This document shows positions 57,923-64,000 of a stretch of DNA of 64,000 nt, piece by piece. The stretch's first letter is position 1. Every line of letters begins with the position of its first letter. The translations under genes and the position numbers were made by a program. Origin of the DNA: an uncultured Lentisphaeraceae bacterium (GTDB taxonomy: Bacteria; Verrucomicrobiota; Kiritimatiellia; RFP12; DVOR01). Location of the stretch: positions 59,964 through 123,963 of the forward strand of contig CASEMQ010000034.1 of the NCBI GenBank assembly GCA_949289005.1, read 5' to 3'. The notes beneath the pieces are model-generated. The model was not told the DNA's origin and ran no database searches. It saw nothing but the letters and a program-made list of their open reading frames with translations.

Positions 57923-59659
57923 TCAGCGGCCTTCGTCGAGCATGGCCTCGCCGATGTTCAGGCAGTCTTCCTTGAGGCGGCGGTAGAGGTTGATGACGTC
58001 GAGGACGATGACGACGCAGAGCGGGTCGATGGTCGGGTCGTGGTCGGCCAGGCGCGTCATCTGGGTTTTGCGGCATTGTTTGACGCACGCGGAGATGCCG
58101 GCCGCGTCCGAACGCATGTGCGCGAGCAGGTCGGGGGCGTGGGTCTTGCCTTGGCGGAAGGCCTCGGAGACGGTCGCCGCGAAGGTGCGGCACAGGTCGT
58201 GCAACCCAAGCAAATCCTCGCGCCCGCGGTCGGAGAGTTTCATCGCGTTACGCCGCATGCGGATGAATTGCTTGAGCAGCGCGGCCACCTCGTCGGAGAC
58301 GGATTCGTACTCGTCGGCCACGCGCAGGAGCATGCGGGCGCGGTAGGCCACGTCCGAGGGGAGGTTGGTGGACATGATGGCGCCCAGGAAGGTCGAGACT
58401 TCGTGCTGGAGCACGTCGAGCGTTTCCTCCGAGTGGAAAATGTCGTTCTCGATGGCCTCGGTCGATTTTCCTTGGAGGACGAGGCGGAAGGCATCGATTT
58501 GCTTCTCGCAACGGTGGCTCATCTGCTCCACTTCCTTGCGCGCCTGCTCCACGGCCACGACGGGCGCGAGTTTCAGCGGGTTGAGCAAGGTCAGTCGCGG
58601 CAGTTCGCGCACTTTCGCGTCCGGGATGATGCGTGTGATCAGCCAGGCGAACGGCTTGGTGAAGGGCAGGAAGATGCAGGTGTTGATGAGGTTGAAGGCC
58701 GTGTGCACCCCCGCCACCGCGAAGAGCAACTCGCCCGCGCCCATTGTGTCGATGCCAAAGGCGCGAACGGCCATCGGCAGGAAGAATGGGAAGAGCGGCG
58801 CCATGATCAGCACGCCGATGATGTTGAAGAGCGAGTGCGCCAGCGCCGCGCGCCGCGCATCCGTGGGCGCCCCGAGCGCTGCCAGCCAAGCCGTGACCGT
58901 GGTGCCGATGTTCATGCCCAGCACCAGCGAGGCCGCCGTGTTGAAGTCAATGCTCCCCATTTGCACCAAGATGATGGCAATGCCCGTGGTGGCCGAGGAA
59001 CTCTGCACAATCGCCGTGGCTACCGCCCCCACAAAGATACACTTCACCATTCCCCAGGCCGAAAAGGTCCCATCGGCCGCCGTGGCGCTGAAGAGGCTCA
59101 TCGCCGTGCGCATCCCCTCCGAGTTGGAAATGGGCGCGAGCGCCCCGCTCATGAACTCCAGCCCAAAGAAGATGAGCCCAAGCCCCAGGAAGATCAGCCC
59201 CACGAACTTCCAGTGCTCGCGCGTGGCGAAAAGATAGACAATCGCCGCCACGCCAATCAAAAACATGATGGCCGTGATGCCGACCTTCGGGAAGGCCGCC
59301 ACCAACCACGCGGTGGCCGTGGTGCCGATGTTCGCGCCGATAATCACGTTGATGGCCTGCAACAGCGTCATGATCCCCGAGGTCACCATGCCCACCACCA
59401 TCACCGTCGTCACCGACGAGCTCTGGATGATGGCCGTCACAATCGTTCCCGTGGCCACCCCCGCCAGGCGATTGGTTGTCGCCGCCGCCACCAACGTGCG
59501 CATGCGCGGCCCCGCCACACCTTGCAACCCTTCGGAAATCTGCTTCATCCCCAGCAAAAAGACGCCCAGCCCGCCCAACAGGCACGCCACGACCGCCGCC
59601 GCCGTCAGTTCCGTCTCCACCACCGGGAAACGACTCGCCACTTCTGCCAAAATCCACAT
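57923..59659 (-). CDS. Na/Pi cotransporter II-related protein (NptA family) with PhoU-like C-terminal domain
   Basis: Duplicated Na/Pi cotransporter repeats (QSSSATT/QSSSVTT) and C-terminal PhoU-like helices; 578 aa. Confidence 0.85.
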   Translation of the reverse strand: MWILAEVASRFPVVETELTAAAVVACLLGGLGVFLLGMKQISEGLQGVAGPRMRTLVAAATTNRLAGVATGTIVTAIIQSSSVTTVMVVGMVTSGIMTLLQAINVIIGANIGTTATAWLVAAFPKVGITAIMFLIGVAAIVYLFATREHWKFVGLIFLGLGLIFFGLEFMSGALAPISNSEGMRTAMSLFSATAADGTFSAWGMVKCIFVGAVATAIVQSSSATTGIAIILVQMGSIDFNTAASLVLGMNIGTTVTAWLAALGAPTDARRAALAHSLFNIIGVLIMAPLFPFFLPMAVRAFGIDTMGAGELLFAVAGVHTAFNLINTCIFLPFTKPFAWLITRIIPDAKVRELPRLTLLNPLKLAPVVAVEQARKEVEQMSHRCEKQIDAFRLVLQGKSTEAIENDIFHSEETLDVLQHEVSTFLGAIMSTNLPSDVAYRARMLLRVADEYESVSDEVAALLKQFIRMRRNAMKLSDRGREDLLGLHDLCRTFAATVSEAFRQGKTHAPDLLAHMRSDAAGISACVKQCRKTQMTRLADHDPTIDPLCVVIVLDVINLYRRLKEDCLNIGEAMLDEGR

Positions 59660-59751
59660 TGCGCTTACCTCTTGCTAACCAAAACCTAACACGCTTTCCG
59701 GAACGAAGCACAAAAAAGGGGCGCCGGGCAAAAGCCCGCGCCCCGCTTGCC

Positions 59752-60300
59752 TTAGGGATCCGGGATGAACAACGTTTGCCCCACGCGCAGTTTCGTGGGG
59801 TCCGTGATCTTGTTGGCCCGCATGATGGCCTTTACCGACACCTTGTACGCCTGGGCGATGGCCGACAGCGTCTGTCCGGCCTCCACCGTGTGGCTGTAGC
59901 CGGAGCGTTGCGCCGCCTGGCGTTCCCGCTCGGCCGTCGCGCGTGCCTTCTGCTCACGCTCCGCGATGGCCGCGATGCGCGTGGACAGGTCGTCCACGAT
60001 TTCCCCGCGTAGGCGCCCTTGCGTGGCGCGCACCGCTTCGAGATCCGAGCGGAGCGCGGCCAGCTCGTCCTTCGTGGCGAGGCCGGAAGTGCCCGAGCCG
60101 CGCTCCAAGGCCGCGAGCCGCGCCGCGAGCGATGTCTGGCGCTGCTCGATGGCGTCGAAACGCGCGGCCAACGTCTGCACCTGATACTGCAGGTCGCGCA
60201 ACGCCTGTGCCTGTTGGGCATAAACCTGCCCGGCCGATCGCTGCGCAGGGGCCGAGGCCGCGATTGCGAGTGCCGCGCCAAGCGCGAGGAAAAATCGCAT
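59752..60300 (-). CDS. secreted LysM-domain protein with coiled coil
   Basis: Signal peptide. C-terminal LysM (YTVEAGQTLSAIAQAYKVSVKAIMRANKITDPTKLRVGQTLFIP). Confidence 0.7.
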   Translation of the reverse strand: MRFFLALGAALAIAASAPAQRSAGQVYAQQAQALRDLQYQVQTLAARFDAIEQRQTSLAARLAALERGSGTSGLATKDELAALRSDLEAVRATQGRLRGEIVDDLSTRIAAIAEREQKARATAERERQAAQRSGYSHTVEAGQTLSAIAQAYKVSVKAIMRANKITDPTKLRVGQTLFIPDP

Positions 60301-60311
60301 GGCGCCCCCGC

Positions 60312-60638
60312 TCAAAGCGCCGCCTGCGACAGCTTCTCGGCCAGCACGTCGGCACGCTGCACGCCGACCATGGTGTCGACGATTTGGCCATCCTTGAAGA
60401 GAATAAGGGTCGGGATTGTCATCACGCCGTAGCGCACCGCCAACGCCTGCGCCTGGTCGATGTCCACCTTGGCCACGCGTACCTTGCCTTGCAATGCCGC
60501 GGGGAGTTCCATCTTGTCAAGGATTGCGCCCTGCATCTTGCACGGGCCGCACCAGGTGGCCCAGAAGTCAACCAATGTCACGCCGCTGGCAATCGCGGCG
60601 TCGAAGGTCTGCTCATCGCTGAAATGCTCAATCGTCAT
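60312..60638 (-). CDS. trxA: thioredoxin
   Basis: WCGPC active site; 108 aa. RBS GGGAG. Confidence 0.9.
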   Translation of the reverse strand: MTIEHFSDEQTFDAAIASGVTLVDFWATWCGPCKMQGAILDKMELPAALQGKVRVAKVDIDQAQALAVRYGVMTIPTLILFKDGQIVDTMVGVQRADVLAEKLSQAAL

Positions 60639-60671
60639 AACCGGCTCCCTTGGGTTGCTTTCAACGCGCCC

Positions 60672-60680
60672 AGTATACCA
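60672..60680 (-). promoter_or_regulatory. extended -10 promoter TGgTATACT for trxA
   Basis: Minus-strand TGGTATACTGGGCGC ~35 nt upstream of trxA ATG. Confidence 0.5.
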
Positions 60681-60698
60681 CAACCGTGCGCAGCACGC

Positions 60699-62018
60699 TC
60701 ACTTCGCCCGGTCGGTTTCCAAGAAAACCCATTGGGTGGGGCAGGGCCCCGACAGCGCCTCCGCGAAGGGTGCCAAGTCGCCGACCGTCACGCCGGGCGC
60801 GGCGTAGAAGAAGACGACGTAGACACGGCCGGCCGAGACATCGACCCGCTTGAGTGTCTCGGCGATGGTCTTGGCGGTCATGTCCGGGTAGCACTTGCGC
60901 GTCAGCGCAGGGTCGGGGCCGTCCACCGTCCAATCTTCCAAAATCTGGCAGAGCGTGACGACCGGCGTTTCCCCCGGCTTGGGCGGCGGCGCGATCTCGA
61001 CTTCCCAAGGCTGGAAGACGCGCGCCTTGCGGTCGCGCCAGGCATCGTTGGGCAAAAACGCGCGCAGGGAGACTTGCCCTTTGGCGGGGGCATCGATGGT
61101 GAAGCCGCCCTCGGCCTCCAAGGCGACCAAGAGCCGCGCGAAAGGGACGACCTTGGCGAGCGGGAGGGTGGGGGCCAGTCGCACATCCAGGAAGACATCG
61201 CGCGGATCCTCGCACACCTTTTTCAACTCGGCCAGCAAGGGATCCGGGTTGGTCAGTGTCGCGGTGGTGACGTCCACCCGGTGCTTCAGCACGCGTGCCT
61301 GGCCATCGGGCAGACGTTGCCACCTCAGGGCGACGATCGTCGGCGTGCCAGCCTCCTCGTTTGTCTTGGCGGTGAAGAGACCGTAGACCGCGCCCTTCGG
61401 CGCGGGGTAGGGCAGGCCGAAGAGCGAATCCGGCTCGGCATAGGCGGCGATGACCGAGGCCGGCATTTCGTCGTCATGCCCGTCCGCGCCGACGTAAGGG
61501 AACCCGCGCGCAAAGAGATTTTGCGCCGGGGTGGAGCATTGGTCGTTCACAAAATCCGCCAACGGACGGAATGCCTCGTCTTTGCCCAAGCGCTTCACTT
61601 CCACGGTGAAGCGCTCGCCCTGCGCCATGCCCAGCCCGCGCTGGACGGATGCCGCCACGCCCTTGGGCACGCCTAGCGCGGCGACGGCCTTGCCGATGAC
61701 GGAGGGGGCATCCCACGCGATCGCCAACCCTTCGTAGGCACGGTCGCTCAGGTTGCCCAACAGCAGAAACTCCACCTCATACCCCTCGCCCAGCCCGCAC
61801 AGCTCGGCCAACGCGAAAACCGTCCGCTCCGAGGGACTGTAGACACAGGTGGGCGAGACGGCCACGCAATCCTGCGGCAACCCCTCGCGCCACGTCTCTT
61901 TGGCCTCCGGATGGACAAAGCGGAACGCCGCCGGCGCGGTGTCTTGCGGAGCCGCCCCGAGCGGAGCCCCCAACAACGCGCAACACGCGGCCAACGCCAA
62001 CAACCACTGCTTGCTCAT
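60699..62018 (-). CDS. secreted hypothetical protein
   Basis: Signal peptide MSKQWLLALAACCALLGAPLGAA. RBS GGGAGG. 439 aa with no recognisable domain. The upstream part of the 551-aa ORF is Gly/Arg-rich and judged non-coding. Confidence 0.5.
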   Translation of the reverse strand: MSKQWLLALAACCALLGAPLGAAPQDTAPAAFRFVHPEAKETWREGLPQDCVAVSPTCVYSPSERTVFALAELCGLGEGYEVEFLLLGNLSDRAYEGLAIAWDAPSVIGKAVAALGVPKGVAASVQRGLGMAQGERFTVEVKRLGKDEAFRPLADFVNDQCSTPAQNLFARGFPYVGADGHDDEMPASVIAAYAEPDSLFGLPYPAPKGAVYGLFTAKTNEEAGTPTIVALRWQRLPDGQARVLKHRVDVTTATLTNPDPLLAELKKVCEDPRDVFLDVRLAPTLPLAKVVPFARLLVALEAEGGFTIDAPAKGQVSLRAFLPNDAWRDRKARVFQPWEVEIAPPPKPGETPVVTLCQILEDWTVDGPDPALTRKCYPDMTAKTIAETLKRVDVSAGRVYVVFFYAAPGVTVGDLAPFAEALSGPCPTQWVFLETDRAK

Positions 62019-62329
62019 CGCGAACCTCCCAATGCCCGCCGATAATCCACCACCGTGCGCAACGCCCGGGCGGGCGGGCGCCCCTGGGCCACAAGCGCCT
62101 TCCAGGCGGCGACATCCTCGGCGGTCAGCCGTACGCCGAACATTACCTGCGCCGCCGCGCACACCTCCGCCGTCGGCGCATCCGCCCGCAATTCCCCTGC
62201 CACGCGGGCGTACGGATCCGGCGGGCGCGGCGGCACCAAACCCGCCAGCCACCACGCGGCGGCCAACAGCGCCACCAACGCCAACGGCGCCACCACGCCG
62301 CGCGGACGCCGCGGGAGCCTCACGCGCAC
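62015..62329 (-). CDS. small hypothetical single-TM protein, translationally coupled between mtnN and downstream gene (GTG start)
   Basis: GTG 62329 overlaps the mtnN stop, and its stop overlaps the downstream ATG (ATGA). One hydrophobic helix, ~105 aa. Confidence 0.3.
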   Translation of the reverse strand: MRVRLPRRPRGVVAPLALVALLAAAWWLAGLVPPRPPDPYARVAGELRADAPTAEVCAAAQVMFGVRLTAEDVAAWKALVAQGRPPARALRTVVDYRRALGGSR

Positions 62330-63024
62330 CCCTCCTCCAGCATTGCCAGCACAATGCGCGCCGATTGATCCGCCGCGCGCTCCAGAAAATCGTCGTACGT
62401 CACGTTCGTCGCGTCGTCCGCGCAATCGCTCATCGTGCGAATCACCAGGCACGGCTTGCCGGCGGCAAAGGCCGCATGCGCAATCGCCGCCCCCTCCATC
62501 TCCACGCAATCCGGCGCGCAGTCCGCGACAATCCGCTCCCGCGTGGCGCGATCCGCCACGAAACGATCCCCCGTCGCGATCCGCCCCTCGCGATACGCCG
62601 CCCCCCGCAACACTCCCGGCCGCGCGCACGCCCGCCGGCACAGTGCCAGCAACGCCGGATCCCCCTCGAAAAACCGCCGTTTCGGGAAATACTTGAGCAT
62701 CACGGGATCCTGGTCATGGAAGCACAGTTCGCGCGACACCACCACATCCAGCGTCCGCAACCCTTGCCCGATCGCCCCCGCGATGCCCGCATTGACAATC
62801 AGCCCACATTGCCGCGCACACAGCAACCACGTCGCGCACATCGCCGCATTCACCTTGCCCACGCCGCAACACGCCACCGCCACCCGCCGCCCGCGCAACG
62901 TCCCAAACGCGAACACCGTGCCCAGCGCCAGCTCCTCCCGAACGTCGCGCATCCCCGCCCGCAACAACGCCACCTCGCGGTCAAGCGCGCCCAAAATCCC
63001 CCAAGTCGTCTCGTTCCTGTCCAT
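62320..63024 (-). CDS. mtnN: 5'-methylthioadenosine/S-adenosylhomocysteine nucleosidase
   Basis: Pfs/MtnN similarity (ILGALDREV...VEMEGAAIAH); 234 aa. Alternative ATG at 63033. Confidence 0.8.
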   Translation of the reverse strand: MDRNETTWGILGALDREVALLRAGMRDVREELALGTVFAFGTLRGRRVAVACCGVGKVNAAMCATWLLCARQCGLIVNAGIAGAIGQGLRTLDVVVSRELCFHDQDPVMLKYFPKRRFFEGDPALLALCRRACARPGVLRGAAYREGRIATGDRFVADRATRERIVADCAPDCVEMEGAAIAHAAFAAGKPCLVIRTMSDCADDATNVTYDDFLERAADQSARIVLAMLEEGCA

Positions 63025-63031
63025 GCCGCGC

Positions 63032-63040
63032 ATTATAACA
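63032..63040 (-). promoter_or_regulatory. extended -10 promoter TGtTATAAT immediately upstream of mtnN (leaderless candidate)
   Basis: Minus-strand TGTTATAAT ends 7 nt before ATG 63024. Confidence 0.45.
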
Positions 63041-63373
63041 AATGCAAGTCGCGAAGTTTGGAGGTTGGGAAGTCTGGCAAACGATCCGGGGAAAATCGCG
63101 AGGCCGGGAAAGTGGCGGAGAACTTTTCCGGGGAAGAAAAGGCGACCTTCCCGCCGCCCAATGGCTCCCGGCTTGCTACTTCCGCCGCCTTCGCAACACT
63201 CTTTGCACCGTCTATGACAGCTTCGAGGCATCTGCTCTCGGGACAGAGGACCAACCCCCACGCATCACGTTCCCCAACCTCACTCAAGTCGAACGTGCTG
63301 CTCTTCCGGGCCGCCCAATCTTCCCCGGATGTTATTGCCAGACGGGCGAGCGTGGGCATTGGTGCCGCGAATC

Positions 63374-63382
63374 TGTTATACT
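63374..63382 (+). promoter_or_regulatory. extended -10 promoter TGtTATACT for the TPR lipoprotein gene
   Basis: TGTTATACTGGGCGC ~29 nt upstream of ATG 63411, with RBS GGAGAAG. Confidence 0.4.
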
Positions 63383-63410
63383 GGGCGCAACCCTTTATGG
63401 AGAAGCGCCG

Positions 63411-64000
63411 ATGAGACGAGTTGGTATCGTGTTGAGTTGCGTCGTGACCTTGGCACTGCTGGGCTGCGATGGGGATTCCGTGGGCGATCGCGAGCGGAGC
63501 GAGCGCGGCGATGCGCTTTTCGCCGAGGCGATGGCGGCAGAGGGGCGCGGCGACGTGGCCGGCGCCGAGGCGCTCTATCGGCAGTTGTTGTTGCAGAATG
63601 GGGACATGGCTTCGGCGCACCTCAACCTGGCAATCTTGCAGCATGACCTCCGCAAGAATTACATTGAGGCCATCCATCACTATCGGGCTTATCTGGATCT
63701 TCAGCCCAACTCGGAGAAGGCCGCGATGGTGCGCGACCGCATCGTCTCGGCGCGTGCGCTCTTGGCCGCGCAACTGGCGGGCGAGACCGTGGCGCGCGAA
63801 CAGCGTACGTTGCAAAACGAGCGCGACGCGTTGCGCACCCAGATCCACACGCTTGAGGGGGCGACCGGCGATCTGCGCGAGGAGTTGGCCAAGCGAGACC
63901 GAACCATCGAGGAGCTTACCGACCGCGTGGCCGCGCTTCAGAAAATCGTGGACGCCATGAAGTCTGCCGAAAGCCAGGAGGTCGCCCGTTTGGAAACGGA
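63411..64000 (+). CDS. TPR-repeat lipoprotein with coiled coil, 3'-truncated by window edge
   Basis: Lipobox LALLGC. TPR-like segment (AEALYRQLLLQNGDMASAHLNLAILQH...AIHHYRAYLDLQP), then coiled coil. No stop before position 64000, so it is absent from the ORF track. Confidence 0.55.
   Translation, partial: MRRVGIVLSCVVTLALLGCDGDSVGDRERSERGDALFAEAMAAEGRGDVAGAEALYRQLLLQNGDMASAHLNLAILQHDLRKNYIEAIHHYRAYLDLQPNSEKAAMVRDRIVSARALLAAQLAGETVAREQRTLQNERDALRTQIHTLEGATGDLREELAKRDRTIEELTDRVAALQKIVDAMKSAESQEVARLET

Noticed and set aside
62330-62641. The N-terminal two thirds of the 208-aa ORF 62015-62641
   Set aside because: It overlaps mtnN in another frame and is Gly/Arg-rich low complexity. Only the part downstream of the mtnN stop is plausible.

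Overview
This is a GC-rich (~65% by eye), gene-dense bacterial chromosome segment. The lineage cannot be determined from sequence alone. A PEP-CTERM protein, a giant BspA-type leucine-rich-repeat surface protein and a CARF nuclease are compatible with a PVC/Verrucomicrobia-like or similar Gram-negative anaerobe.

Gene content, in order along the window:
- Gpt-like phosphoribosyltransferase, ftsB-like gene and lpxI.
- icd, rlmL, rex and a DUF218 gene.
- Glycan cluster: DegT aminotransferase plus a WecA/MraY-type phosphotransferase fused to a CoA-binding-like domain.
- TetR-controlled RND efflux operon (regulator, membrane fusion protein, pump, outer-membrane factor).
- nifU-nifS on the minus strand, divergent from proS, HU, hisS and gluQ.
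- AroB-like cyclase.
- Translationally coupled Ser/Thr kinase, membrane HExxH protein and sirtuin.
- PEP-CTERM protein and a secreted hypothetical protein.
- A 1844-aa BspA-like LRR surface protein carrying internal ~210-bp near-identical direct repeats.
- Membrane metallophosphoesterase, glgA, glgB, ispD, a YfcE-like phosphoesterase, a TadE-like protein, an SPFH protein and a GH3 beta-glucosidase.
- A CARF plus PD-(D/E)xK nuclease (Card1/Can2-like) next to a 4-repeat CRISPR mini-array, with no other cas genes anywhere in the window.
- rpsO.
- Minus-strand block: recO, a 2-hydroxyacid dehydrogenase, rpoN, DJ-1, a GH97 gene interrupted by an in-frame TGA, a hypothetical protein, MerR, NptA, a LysM protein, trxA, two hypothetical genes and mtnN.
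- A partial TPR lipoprotein gene at the 3' edge.

Non-coding highlights:
- A three-copy family of ~170-190-bp intergenic elements with a covarying hairpin and conserved G-T wobble pairs. This is a candidate structured RNA or MITE family.
- A recurrent extended -10 promoter motif, TGnTA(T/G)A(A/C)T, in front of at least ten genes, several of which appear to be leaderless.
- Rho-independent terminators after the RND operon, the CARF gene and rpsO.

The many long antisense ORFs in the six-frame track are GC-content artefacts.
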